Below, in pieces: positions 1-9,727 of a DNA stretch of 64,000 bases. How positions within the stretch are numbered: position 1 is the stretch's first letter; each line of letters starts with the position of its first letter. This stretch comes from Acidobacteriota bacterium (GTDB lineage: Bacteria; Acidobacteriota; Vicinamibacteria; Vicinamibacterales; UBA2999): the NCBI GenBank assembly GCA_030650395.1, contig JAUSDY010000128.1, positions 13-64,012 of the forward strand. The letters are read 5' to 3'. The notes beneath the pieces are model-generated. The model saw only the letters and a list, made by a program, of their open reading frames with translations, was not told the origin of the DNA and did no database searches. The translations under genes were made by a program, and so were the position numbers.

Positions 1-1274
1 TTCGGGAGCACATACAACGCGTGCTCGAGCGGCACGCCGAGCGCGAGCAGACGGTTCTTGGCCGTCCACGCGTCGGCCATCGCCTGTTCGTAGACGGCCA
101 GCGCCGCGGCGTTCTGGCGGATCAGGCGCGGTGTCACGTAGTCGGGCGCGGTGGTATCGGCGAGGGTCATCATCGGCCGCGACGCGGGGACCATGCGGTG
201 CCGCTGGTCTTGCGAGTCGGCGGTGTGGCTCAAGCGCTTCTCGAACACATAAGAGGCGTGATTGAGCGTGCGCATCATCGGCGAGTGATACGCGACGTCG
301 AGCATGTCGACGCGATACGGGTTTCGCGCCGGGTTCATCACCCGATCGATCGCCTCCGCATCGTCCAGTTCGGCGGTGGTGAGCCCGAAGGTGGCGCGAA
401 CGGCGTCGGCGACGACCCGCTCGGCGCCGGCGGACCAATCGCGAAGCCGCGAGACGCGGCCGCCAAGTCGGCGATCGAATTCCGCCGCGTAGGCATCGCC
501 GGAGGCGCGCGTGCCGGGAAACGCGAGCTCGGGCAGCGAGTCTCGATCGAGCGTGTCGAGCCCGATCTTGTCGAAGAACATCGGGTCGATTTCTTTCACG
601 AGATCGACCATCGCGCCGATCACCATCGCGGCTTCGTACGGCACGTCGCCGGCGTTCAACATCCGGTGCAAGCGGTGCAGCACGATGCCCGACACGGTGT
701 GCACCATCGACGTGAACGCGCCAATCGGGATCACGTAGCGTGCGGTTTCGATCGCCTTCTTCTCGGCTTCGCGCTCGATCGTCTTCAACCGGGCCGGCGT
801 ATTGGTGGGCCGGACGTATCGCAATTCCTTGAGGATCGCCCACGCGTCGTCTTTGAGCAGCTCTGACAGCCGTGCGTACGACTCCCACGCGCGCAAGATC
901 GCCTGTTCGTAGACGTCGAGCGCCTCGCCGGTAATCGGTGGCACGAAGGCGCGCGGCTCGTTCAGCTTGACGTAGCGCTGGCTCGACTGTTCGGAGTTGT
1001 AGAACGGATAAGAGTGCAGCACACTCCACACCAGCTGGCGCGAAATGTTTTCGAGGCCGAACTCGAAGTGCGCGTGTTGGAACACCGTGTGGTGGCCGCC
1101 TTCGAAGGTGAGCGGCCCGATTGAATCGCGCTGCTTGTCGGTGACTTCACTGCGCTCGATGACGCGCGGGGAATAGCAGGTGCGCGCCGCGGCAATGGCG
1201 CCGTCGTAGGGCACCGCCGGCGAAGAGCGGAGCGTAACCTTGGGTGCAGCGGTGGCGAGCGCGAGGGCGGGCAT
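1..1274 (-). CDS. thyX: FAD-dependent thymidylate synthase (ThyX) family protein, tandem two-domain form; the 3' end runs off the window start
   Basis: Absent from the ORF track because it crosses the window edge. My own minus-strand translation from the ATG at 1274 (in-frame TAA immediately upstream) stays open to position 1. It reads MPALALATAAPKV...GGHHTVFQHAHFEFGLENISRQLVWSVLHSYPFYNSEQSSQRYVKL...HASYVFEKRLSHTADSQDQRHRMVPAS. SQRY and RHR are the ThyX signature elements, and two ThyX-like halves are visible. Confidence 0.65.
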   Translation of the reverse strand, partial: MPALALATAAPKVTLRSSPAVPYDGAIAAARTCYSPRVIERSEVTDKQRDSIGPLTFEGGHHTVFQHAHFEFGLENISRQLVWSVLHSYPFYNSEQSSQRYVKLNEPRAFVPPITGEALDVYEQAILRAWESYARLSELLKDDAWAILKELRYVRPTNTPARLKTIEREAEKKAIETARYVIPIGAFTSMVHTVSGIVLHRLHRMLNAGDVPYEAAMVIGAMVDLVKEIDPMFFDKIGLDTLDRDSLPELAFPGTRASGDAYAAEFDRRLGGRVSRLRDWSAGAERVVADAVRATFGLTTAELDDAEAIDRVMNPARNPYRVDMLDVAYHSPMMRTLNHASYVFEKRLSHTADSQDQRHRMVPASRPMMTLADTTAPDYVTPRLIRQNAAALAVYEQAMADAWTAKNRLLALGVPLEHALYVLP

Positions 1275-1287
1275 TTATGGGATGTGG

Positions 1288-1309
1288 GGACAAACCTTCA
1301 GGTTTGTCC
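1288..1309. repeat. Short palindromic hairpin, family A: GGACAAACC-TTCA-GGTTTGTCC
   Basis: Perfect 9-bp stem with a TTCA loop, read directly. Intergenic between thyX and the 1361 ORF. A near-identical copy lies at 1801-1823. Confidence 0.9.
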
Positions 1310-1360
1310 GTGCACGTAATTATACGCCGCTGCGTACCGCTGTGTTAGGATGCCGTTCCT

Positions 1361-1765
1361 ATGAAAAATCTATTTCGAACCGTCGCGTTGGCGCTCGTGC
1401 TTTCGCCGCTGGTGGTCTCCGCTCAGGCCCTGGCGCCTGCCGACGCCGGCGATTTCATGGGCGTGTGGACGCTTTCGCTCGACAGTCCGCAGGGCCCGTT
1501 CGAGCAGGCCCTGACGCTCAAAGACGAGGGCGGCAAGGTCGTCGGCGAGATGACGAACCAGATGCAGCCCGAAGTGCAGAAGGTGACCGACGTCAGCATC
1601 GCGAAAGGCGACCTGGTGCTGAAGTTTGCGGGAAATTTCCAGGGCAACCCGTTTGATGCGGTCATCACGATCACGCCCGATGGTGCCGACAAAGCGAAGG
1701 TGCTGTTCGACATCAACGGCGGGCAGTTCTCAATGTCCGGAACGGGCGCGCGGACGAAGAAGTAG
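1361..1765 (+). CDS. Small secreted hypothetical protein (134 aa)
   Basis: ORF-track protein has a signal-peptide-like N-terminus, MKNLFRTVALALVLSPLVVSAQA. Composition is non-shadow (K/D/E/F-rich). I recognise no family. Confidence 0.6.
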   Translation: MKNLFRTVALALVLSPLVVSAQALAPADAGDFMGVWTLSLDSPQGPFEQALTLKDEGGKVVGEMTNQMQPEVQKVTDVSIAKGDLVLKFAGNFQGNPFDAVITITPDGADKAKVLFDINGGQFSMSGTGARTKK

Positions 1766-1787
1766 GAGCGGGCCTTTCGGGCCGCTC
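1766..1787. terminator. Putative terminator hairpin shared by the convergent 1361 ORF and def
   Basis: GAGCGGGCC-TTTC-GGGCCGCTC, a 9-bp stem with one mismatch, directly after the TAG at 1763-1765. The T-tract is weak. Confidence 0.4.
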
Positions 1788-1800
1788 TCATTCTCTTGTG

Positions 1801-1823
1801 GGCACAAACCTTCAGGTTTGTCC
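1801..1823. repeat. Short palindromic hairpin, family A: GGCACAAACC-TTCA-GGTTTGTCC
   Basis: Same core and the same upstream TGTGG context as the copy at 1288-1309. The two copies bracket the 1361 ORF as direct repeats. Confidence 0.9.
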
Positions 1824-1840
1824 TATCCCCCGTACGCACC

Positions 1841-2380
1841 CTAATCTTCTTCTTCGTCGTCGCGTTTGGCGTGGTAGCGCGAGTACTCCTCGAGATACGT
1901 CAGCGACTCCAGCGAGCGCATGCGGTCGAAGAACAGCACGCCGTCGAGGTGATCGTTCTCGTGCTGGACGACACGGGCGGGAAAGTCGCTCAGGTCGAGC
2001 TCGAATCGCTTGCCCGTGCGGTCGAGCGCTGACACCTTGATGTGCTGCGCCCGCGACACGCGGCCGCGGACGTCGGGAACGCTGAGGCAGCCCTCCCAGC
2101 CCTCCACCGTTTGATCGCCGACGACGAGAATCTCCGGGTTGACGAGCACGGTCGCGTCGCCTTCACCTCGGCCGTCGGCGTCGAGCATGGCGACGAATAC
2201 GCGGACGGCCTGGTGCACCTGTGGCGCCGCAAGGCCGACGCCGGAGTACTCATACATGGTGTCGACCAAGTCGTCGATGAACTGCTGCAGGGCTGGACTT
2301 TTCAGCTCGGCTTTGTCGATGGCGCGCGCCTTGGCCCGCAGGACGGGGTGGCCCATCCGGGCGACTTTCAGGATCGACAT
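1841..2380 (-). CDS. def: Peptide deformylase
   Basis: 179 aa carrying the three PDF motifs: GLAAPQV, EGCLSVP and QHENDHLDG. Confidence 0.95.
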   Translation of the reverse strand: MSILKVARMGHPVLRAKARAIDKAELKSPALQQFIDDLVDTMYEYSGVGLAAPQVHQAVRVFVAMLDADGRGEGDATVLVNPEILVVGDQTVEGWEGCLSVPDVRGRVSRAQHIKVSALDRTGKRFELDLSDFPARVVQHENDHLDGVLFFDRMRSLESLTYLEEYSRYHAKRDDEEED

Positions 2381-2396
2381 GATTGGATTCTATACT

Positions 2397-2478
2397 GAGG
2401 GCTTGGGGGCTTAAGGGCTCGAGGGCTTGGCGTGCGGGCTCGACGGTCAAGTCCCCAAGCCCTCAAGCCCTCAAGCCC
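2397..2478. repeat. Inverted arrays of GGGCTTGR / YCAAGCCC octamer words (family D flank type)
   Basis: The left arm is gagggcttgggggcttaagggctcgagggcttgg and the right arm is ccccaagccctcaagccctcaagccc. It lies in the divergent def/NUDIX intergenic region. Confidence 0.85.
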
Positions 2479-2490
2479 GCGTGGTCACCA

Positions 2491-3027
2491 ATGCATTCGC
2501 ATGACTCGGAGCCGCCGTACAAGTTCTGTCCCGTCTGCGGCAGCGCTCTCGAACCGAGGGTCCTGAAGATCACCGAGCCGAAGCGCCTGGTCTGCACCAG
2601 TGCGGCCTGCGGGTTCGTGTTCTACCTGGATCCGAAGATTGCGGCCGCCACGATCATCCGCGTCAACGACGGCCGGCAGATCGTGCTGGTGAAGCGCGCG
2701 ATTGAGCCCGGGTATGGCAAGTGGGTGTTTCCGGGTGGCTACGTCGATCGCGGCGAAGAGATCACGCTCGCGGCGATTCGCGAGGCCAGGGAAGAAGCCG
2801 GGCTGGACGTGCGGCTCGATCACCTGGTCGGCATTTACTCGTACGCCGGCCGCGCGCCCGTGATCATCGTGTATGCGGCCACGAAGATCTCCGGTGAGCT
2901 CGCGGTGGATGACGAGGGGCTCGAGGCGCGCGAGTTCGACCTCGACGCGATTCCGTGGGATGACCTGGCGTTCCGCAGCACGCGCGAGGCGCTGCGCGAC
3001 TACCTCGCAGCTCTCCGAATCTCTTGA
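2491..3027 (+). CDS. NUDIX hydrolase with an N-terminal zinc ribbon
   Basis: Nudix box GGYVDRGEEITLAAIREAREEAGLD. Zinc ribbon CPVCGS...CTSAACG. I place the start at the ATG at 2491 (residue 37 of ORF 2383..3027), because the first 36 codons are encoded by the repeat at 2397-2478. Confidence 0.85.
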   Translation: MHSHDSEPPYKFCPVCGSALEPRVLKITEPKRLVCTSAACGFVFYLDPKIAAATIIRVNDGRQIVLVKRAIEPGYGKWVFPGGYVDRGEEITLAAIREAREEAGLDVRLDHLVGIYSYAGRAPVIIVYAATKISGELAVDDEGLEAREFDLDAIPWDDLAFRSTREALRDYLAALRIS

Positions 3028-3219
3028 TCTTTTGAGGTCGTGATCTGGTGATCGATCTAAATGATCTGCTGAGCTATTGAACAGTTGAACGACCTCTTGA
3101 CCTTCCGGATCCCACTCGCGCCCAGATCAAGAGATCTCGATCAAAAAGATCGCGAGATCACTAGATCAAGAGCTCGATCAAGAGATCACCACATCAAAAG
3201 ATCAAAACATGTGGGGATC
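3024..3219. repeat. AT-rich, GATC-dense imperfect inverted repeat
   Basis: I count 16 GATC sites between 3026 and 3219. The right half shows a roughly 8-nt GATCAAGA word periodicity. The left arm (3024-3057) is about 80 percent complementary to the right arm (3170-3205). Confidence 0.85.
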
Positions 3220-3268
3220 CTCAGACCCCACGCACAGCGGTAATCGGATCGACTCGCAACGGACCCTC

Positions 3269-5181
3269 TCAGGGTTGTCGGGCCGCGTGCCCGACTGGGG
3301 GCGAGACCTGAAGAACGCGGAGCTGCGGAGTTTCGAGCAAGGGGCGGACTTCCAGCCCGTCGGCCTCAATGGCGCGCGGCAGCCAGGTCCGCGAGCTGCC
3401 GATTGGGTAGTCCTTGAATACGTCGACGATCAGCGTCCGATCGGCCAGCGTGCCGTCGCGCCCCGGCGAGAACAGATCGGCGGGACGAAGCACCGCCGGA
3501 ACGCCGGTGTAGACGCCCACGACTGCTTCATCTGCGCTGCGGACGAGGAACCGCTCGCGCACGTAGTCGTCCAGCGCCAGCCACACGTCGATGCGGCCGA
3601 CGAGCATCAGGCAGCCGAGCTCGTCCGTGCAGGCGATGCGATCGGTCGGCCGAAGTCCGTTGCGAATCTCGGCGAGGCCCGGCGCGGTGATGGTCGGCCG
3701 CGCGGCGGCGAGGCGTGCGGCAGGCGATCCCTCGCCACGCCATTGGTCGCCGATGATGGCGAGAACAACGAGAGCCACGGCCAGCCGCGATGGGGTCAGA
3801 CCGGGGCCCCCGCCACGCGGACTTTGCGTGGCGGGGTGGAGACCCCTCGGCACCGCTTGCTCGGGGTCAGACCCCAACGCTGCCACGAGATCCACCGCAA
3901 TCGCGACCAGCATCACCGACACCGGCACGAGCGGGTAGTTGATCGTGATCCCTGATTCGACGACGCCGAACCACAGCACCCATCCGATCCACAGCAAGTG
4001 GATGGCTCGCTCGGCCAAGCGCCACTCACCTCCCACGCCGGCCAGGCGCGCGATCATCAGGCCCACCGCTACGAACATGGTCACCGGATGCGCGCGGGCG
4101 ATATGCCAGAACATGTCGAGCGGATACCGCGCGCCCTCGGACATCACGGCGGCAACGAGCTCCCGCGAGATCGGCGCGGTATTGCAGGCGCGCGCGATCG
4201 AGTACGCCAGCACCAGCGACACCCCGCTGAGCGCAATGACCGAGATCGTCCACGCCCGCCGCGGCGCCAGCAGCCACCCGATCACCATGACCGCCAGGAC
4301 GATTCCGTATTGCCGATCGGCCGGCGTCTCGAACAGGTTCACCACCTGCCACAGAAAGAACCGCCGGATCATCGTCGCGCCGCTCGAAGGCGCCAAGTAA
4401 TGCAAGGCGAACAGCCACGCCTGCGCGCCAGCAAGGCCCACGGCGACCGCTGCACCCGCTCGCCACCACAAGCGCTTCTCGCCCCTCGGCGCGAGCATGA
4501 CACCGAGCGCCGGAACCGCGAGCAGCGTGAATGCGAGCTCGTGGGTCCAACGGCACAACGCACTCACTACGGCGATGGTGCCTAAAGTGCGTACGGTGCC
4601 TAGGGTGCCTAAGGGGTTGGTGCCAAAGGCCTGCCCTGAGCGAGCCGAAGGCTTAGACCCTGAGCCTTCGGCGAGTCGAAGGGTGCAAAGTGCCAGGAGT
4701 GCGCTGAGATAAAACAGAAAAAACGGCGCGTAGAAACGAGCGGTGGTTGCGGCCGCCCAGAAGGGGATCGACGTTGCGACGAGCAACGACGCGACTAGTG
4801 CCGATGTCGGGGATGACAAGCGGCGCACCAGCGCGAAGACGATAGCGAGAGCGGCCACCGACGATAACAAGCTCAGTGCGCGGTATGCCGGCAGCTGCGC
4901 TCCGGACACGGCACGCGCCAGCCAGCTCGCGTACGAGTATGCGACGCCGCGGTCGTACAACAAGCCCGAGGGCAGGGTCGGCAAGCCATCGGCCGCGATG
5001 CCGTTGACCGCGAACACGGTGAACTCTTCGTCTGGGGAATAGCCGGCGCGCGTCAGCTGCAGCGAACCGACAAGGAGCACCGCCACCGCAAGCAGCGCGA
5101 TCCATACGCGAGGGCCGGCCTGCCCCGCCGACCTGTCCGCCGCAGCCTTGGCGGAGGTGGAAGCCTTCGGCGAAGGCTGGG

Positions 5182-5185
<4 letters not shown>
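3269..5185 (-). CDS. Polytopic membrane protein, probable GT-C fold glycosyltransferase (ArnT/PMT, GT39/GT83-like)
   Basis: 638 aa with many hydrophobic helices. An SPDEEF acidic motif lies in the first loop, as in GT-C enzymes. The large C-terminal soluble part is unassigned. It carries two in-frame repeat insertions at 4577-4683. Confidence 0.5.
4577..4630. repeat. GGTGCCWAR 9-mer word array inside the GT-C gene
   Basis: Sequence ggtgcctaaagtgcgtacggtgcctagggtgcctaaggggttggtgccaaaggc, which encodes [16 protein letters not shown]. The same word occurs in the E2 gene (34936-35013) and in sucB (63050-63114, 63256-63309). Confidence 0.85.
4634..4683. repeat. Family C palindromic element (CCTGAGCGAG...GAGTCGAAGG) in frame in the GT-C gene
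   Basis: Sequence ccctgagcgagccgaaggcttagaccctgagccttcggcgagtcgaaggg, with internal hairpin CCGAAGGCT/AGCCTTCGG. It encodes [17 protein letters not shown]. Confidence 0.85.
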
Positions 5186-6231
<1,046 letters not shown>

Positions 6232-6238
6232 GACCTCC

Positions 6239-7411
6239 CTACTTTATCACCGGGTACGTCAGGTACTCCACGCACGCCGAGGCCGTGGCCGCGTCGATCA
6301 TCTCCTTGATCGGCAGCGCCGCTTCGAGGCGCTCGATGTCGAACCGGCGGGCATGCGTCTCGGGGTGGCGTGGCGTGAACAGCGTGCACGTATCCTGGTC
6401 GGGCACGATCGAGATCTCATAGGTGCCGAGGCGCTGCGCCTGGATGGTGATCTCTTCCTTGTCCATCCCGACGAGCGGGCGGAACACGGTCAACTGCGAC
6501 GCGGTGTCGATCACCGCCATGTTGTCGAGGGTCTGCGACGCCACCTGGCCTATCACATCGCCGGTCACGAGCGCCCGGGCGCGGACGTGACGCGCGATCC
6601 GATCCGCGATCCGCAGCATCATCCGCCGATACACGACGACACGGAGATCCCCCGGAACACTCAGCGTAATCTGCCGTTGCAGATCGCCAAACGCGATCAG
6701 GTACAGACGCGTCCGCAATTGATACGTCGTCAGGACCTCGGCGAGGCGCCGCGCTTTTTCCTGCGATGTGTTCGAGAGAAACGGCACGCTGTGAAAATGC
6801 ACCAGCGTGACCTGGCAACCCCGCCGCATCATCCGCCAGGCGGCGACGGGCGAATCGATTCCGCCCGACAGCAGCGCCACCACGCGGCCCGCCGTGCCCG
6901 TCGGCAGCCCGCCCGGTCCCGGCTGGCGTCCCATGTAGCAGAAGGCGGCGCCGGGAATGATCTCGACGTGGATCACGAGGTCGGCGTGATCGAGATCGAC
7001 CTTCCACCCGCGCGCGTGCCACACGCGCGAACCGAGATCGCGCGCCAGATCGGGCGAGGGTGTCGCAAAGTCCTGGTCTGCGCGGCGAACCCTGACACGG
7101 AAGCTGCCGATCCCTTGGCGCGGCGGCAGCATCGCCACGACGTGGTTGGCCATGCCCTCGAAGTCGAGCGGCACGCGAGTAGCCACCGAATAGTTCGCCA
7201 GGCCAAACACCCGGCTCATCCGCTCGCGTACTTCGTCGGCCGTCGCTTCCTTGTTGAGGACGATCTCCAGGCGGCCCATCGGCGTGCGGATTTCTTTGAC
7301 GCCCAACCCCGCCAGGGCGGTGTGCAGGTTGCGCACGAGGCGGCGGATGAACCACGGCCGGTTCTTCCCTTTCAGCGCGAGCTCCGAGTAGTGCGCGAGG
7401 ATGGATGTCAT
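6239..7411 (-). CDS. thiI: tRNA 4-thiouridine(8) synthase ThiI
   Basis: N-terminal [11 protein letters not shown]-loop [13 protein letters not shown]. The ATG at 7411 shares one nucleotide with the hpnE TGA (TGATG). The ORF-track start at 7414 is a TTG. Confidence 0.9.
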   Translation of the reverse strand: MTSILAHYSELALKGKNRPWFIRRLVRNLHTALAGLGVKEIRTPMGRLEIVLNKEATADEVRERMSRVFGLANYSVATRVPLDFEGMANHVVAMLPPRQGIGSFRVRVRRADQDFATPSPDLARDLGSRVWHARGWKVDLDHADLVIHVEIIPGAAFCYMGRQPGPGGLPTGTAGRVVALLSGGIDSPVAAWRMMRRGCQVTLVHFHSVPFLSNTSQEKARRLAEVLTTYQLRTRLYLIAFGDLQRQITLSVPGDLRVVVYRRMMLRIADRIARHVRARALVTGDVIGQVASQTLDNMAVIDTASQLTVFRPLVGMDKEEITIQAQRLGTYEISIVPDQDTCTLFTPRHPETHARRFDIERLEAALPIKEMIDAATASACVEYLTYPVIK

Positions 7412-8805
7412 CAAAAAGAAACCACGTGCTTCGTGATTCCCTTCGTGAACTTCGTGGTCTCACTTTCCGCGGCGGCACGATGACCCGAGACGACCGCGGA
7501 CTCGATCGTCGCGGGCAGGCCGGTATCGATCCAGTCGCCCGCCAAAAAGAATCCCTCGATCGGCGTCGTGGTCTGCGGCCGTGGCGGCGCAGCGGGGGCT
7601 AACGAGAAGGTCGAGCGCTTCTCGCGCACCGCCAGTCCTTTCCGCAGCCTTGCCGGCCGCGCCGCCGGCAGCGCCTCGCGCACTTCGCGAAGCGCGGTCG
7701 CAATCAGCGCGTCATTGCCCTGCGCGACGATCGCCTCCGCGCCGCTCGAAACGAGCGACAGGTGTGACGTCGCACCGCCGACGATCGCCCGGCGGTCGAA
7801 GACCCATTGGAAGGTGCGGCCTGGAAGGCCGACGAGCGGCTCGTGCATCACCGCACGATCGAACCACAGGTTGACGGTGACGATCGGCAGGCTGTGAAGC
7901 AATGCGGCGTTCGACGCAATTGCCGCCAGCGCCGGCGGCACCGCGTCGAACAGCGCTCCGAACGCATGCCACGGCACCGTCGAGATCACGATCGGTGCCT
8001 CGATGCGCTCGTCGCGGACGCGCACGCCGCTGACGCGGCTGCCGTCAACTTCCACGCGAGCCGGCGCGTTGACGCGAACGTCGTGACCGCGGTGCAGCAG
8101 CCACTCGCGCGCCGGTTCGGCATAGAGCTCATCAAGCGGCACCGCCGGCAGCACCAGCGCCGCCGCCGTCGGGTCCGCAAACATCCTCTCGAGCACCACC
8201 ACGAAGTAGTGTGCTGCGGCTTGATCGATCGACTGATTGAGCGCGGCCAGCGCCAGCGGTTCCCACAACAGCTCGATCAGGCGCTGTGGTTGCCCATGAC
8301 GGATCAACCAGTCGCGAACCGTCTCGCGATCGTGGCTGTCGTAGGGCACCCCGCGACTATGGCTGTCGTAGGGCACCCCTTTAGGGGTGCCGCCGCGAAG
8401 AGCGTTTCCGACGCGAAGGATCGCCAGTCGCTCGCCCCAACTGAGCGCCTCCCACGCCATCACCCCGCCAAGCAGGTGCAGCGGCGATGCCACCGACGGC
8501 AGTTTCAACACGCTCTCGTAGCCGCGCCGATCGATCATCGGCAGCGACAACCCGGCCTGCCACCGGACCCGATCGGACGCGCCGATCCGATCCAGGAAAA
8601 CGAGCGTCTGTTCGTAACAGCCCATCAGGATGTGCTGCCCGTTATCGACGCGCTCGCCTGTGTCGGGATCGCGAAACGCCGTGGCGCGCCCGCCCAATCC
8701 GGGGCGCGCTTCGAGCACCAGCACGCGCGCGCCGGCGTCGGCCAGCGCCGTGGCCGCGCTCAGCCCGGCGCAGCCGGCGCCGATGACGATCGCATCTAGA
8801 GCCAT
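7411..8805 (-). CDS. hpnE: Hydroxysqualene dehydroxylase HpnE (FAD-dependent amine-oxidase fold)
   Basis: Dinucleotide-binding motif DAIVIGAGCAGLSAATALADAGARVLVLEARPGLGGR, and it lies adjacent to hpnD and hpnC. I prefer the ATG at 8805, because the GTG at 8826 lies inside repeat 8809-8876. The last 17 or so codons and an internal GVPYDSH duplication are repeat-encoded. Confidence 0.85.
   Translation of the reverse strand: MALDAIVIGAGCAGLSAATALADAGARVLVLEARPGLGGRATAFRDPDTGERVDNGQHILMGCYEQTLVFLDRIGASDRVRWQAGLSLPMIDRRGYESVLKLPSVASPLHLLGGVMAWEALSWGERLAILRVGNALRGGTPKGVPYDSHSRGVPYDSHDRETVRDWLIRHGQPQRLIELLWEPLALAALNQSIDQAAAHYFVVVLERMFADPTAAALVLPAVPLDELYAEPAREWLLHRGHDVRVNAPARVEVDGSRVSGVRVRDERIEAPIVISTVPWHAFGALFDAVPPALAAIASNAALLHSLPIVTVNLWFDRAVMHEPLVGLPGRTFQWVFDRRAIVGGATSHLSLVSSGAEAIVAQGNDALIATALREVREALPAARPARLRKGLAVREKRSTFSLAPAAPPRPQTTTPIEGFFLAGDWIDTGLPATIESAVVSGHRAAAESETTKFTKGITKHVVSF
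7423..7463. repeat. CTTCGTGA-type word repeats that form the 3' end of hpnE
   Basis: Sequence cacgtgcttcgtgattcccttcgtgaacttcgtggtctcac. It uses the same word as the 13-mer arrays at 29355-29413 and 29938-30002. It encodes the tail ETTKFTKGITKHVVSF. Confidence 0.8.
8333..8391. repeat. 27-nt tandem duplication plus a GGCACCCC-TTTA-GGGGTGCC hairpin, in frame in hpnE
   Basis: The unit tggctgtcgtagggcacccc occurs twice (8333-8359 and 8360-8386), giving GVPYDSH twice in the protein. The hairpin is at 8372-8391. Confidence 0.85.
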
Positions 8806-8808
8806 CGC

Positions 8809-8876
8809 GGCCTTGAGGGCTTCCACCCCAGCGCGGGTGCCGCGCTGGGGGCCCGGTTGGGGGCTTGAGGGCTTGG
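8809..8876. repeat. Family D element (CCACCCCAGCGCGG-N-CCGCGCTGGGGGCCCGG plus GGGCTTGA words)
   Basis: Differs at 2 of about 45 aligned positions from the copy at 13221-13294. Lies between hpnD and hpnE. Confidence 0.9.
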
Positions 8877-8884
8877 AACGTCGA

Positions 8885-9727
8885 TCACGCGCGCGCTGAA
8901 CGCCGGAAGCCGATGGCGGAAAGCTGGGTCATCGCCCAGGTCGTCAGCGCGATCCGCGCGCGAATGATCTTCGGCACCCGGATCACTTCGGTGAACACGT
9001 CGTAGCCGCGCTGCTCGATACGGTGGAGGATCTCGAAGTAGATGCGGCCCATGATCTCGGCCGCCACCAGCCGCCGCGCCTCGGCCGGCGGCATGGCCTG
9101 CGCCGCCGCGTTGAAGAACTGGCGGGCGCGCTGGCACTCGTGCGCGAGAAGACGGCGCATCGGCTCGGTCACCGTGCCGGCGCGAATGGCGTCTTCGGTG
9201 ACGCCGAAACGCGCGAGGTCTTCCTGCGGCAGATAGACGCGGCCGTTGGCGAAGTCGACGCCGACATCACGGATGATGTTGGTCACCTGCAGCGCGAGGC
9301 CGAGGTTGATCGCGTAGTCGCGCGAGCGCGAGTCGCGGCATCCGAATATCTCGATGCAGATCAGTCCGACCGCCGACGCCACGCGCCGGCAGTAGCCGGC
9401 CAGCTCGTCGAAGGTCTGGTAGCGCGATCGATGCAGATCCATTTCGACGCCGTCGACGAGATCGTCGAACGGCTGTCGCGACAACGCAAATTGCGACACG
9501 AAGAGTTTGAGGTGCGCGCCTTGCGGCGTCAGCGGCGCATCGGGCCCGAACACGCGGCCCACTTCCGCCCGCCAGTTGAGCACTTCGGCCGCCGCGATCG
9601 CCGCATCCTCCGCCTCATCCACGGCATCGTCCACCGCGCGGCAAAAATCCCACACCACGCCGATCGCCTGTCTCTCAGCAGGTGGAAGGACGAGGAACGA
9701 GTAGGAGAAGGAAGTGTCTCTAGCCAC
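8885..9727 (-). CDS. hpnD: Presqualene diphosphate synthase HpnD (squalene/phytoene synthase family)
   Basis: SFSYSFLVLPPAERQAIGVVWDFCRAVDDAVDE, the first Asp-rich motif. A second motif, NIIRDVGVD, is also present. Its position between hpnC and hpnE fits the call. Confidence 0.85.
   Translation of the reverse strand: MARDTSFSYSFLVLPPAERQAIGVVWDFCRAVDDAVDEAEDAAIAAAEVLNWRAEVGRVFGPDAPLTPQGAHLKLFVSQFALSRQPFDDLVDGVEMDLHRSRYQTFDELAGYCRRVASAVGLICIEIFGCRDSRSRDYAINLGLALQVTNIIRDVGVDFANGRVYLPQEDLARFGVTEDAIRAGTVTEPMRRLLAHECQRARQFFNAAAQAMPPAEARRLVAAEIMGRIYFEILHRIEQRGYDVFTEVIRVPKIIRARIALTTWAMTQLSAIGFRRSARA

Noticed and set aside
21-866. A 281-aa plus-strand ORF at the window start. Similar long antisense or off-frame ORFs occur at 6224-7483, 17638-18846, 37153-38340, 46379-47998, 48201-49442 and 52891-54414.
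   Set aside because: Each lies opposite to, or out of frame with, a gene that has strong family motifs (thyX, thiI, the carboxypeptidase-regulatory-like gene, the NtrC-type gene, the MTase gene and the acyl-CoA synthetase gene). All have the Arg/His/Asp/Gly-rich shadow composition expected in high-GC DNA.
2383-2490. The N-terminal 36-codon extension of the NUDIX ORF, and likewise the GTG start of hpnE at 8826
   Set aside because: These codons are encoded by the family D word repeats. In-frame ATGs immediately downstream give canonical N-termini.
3024-3219. The GATC-rich AT-rich region as a replication origin
   Set aside because: No dnaA, dnaN or gyrB gene is nearby. I could not see DnaA-box-like 9-mers. 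The region is organised as a word-built inverted repeat like other intergenic hairpins here.
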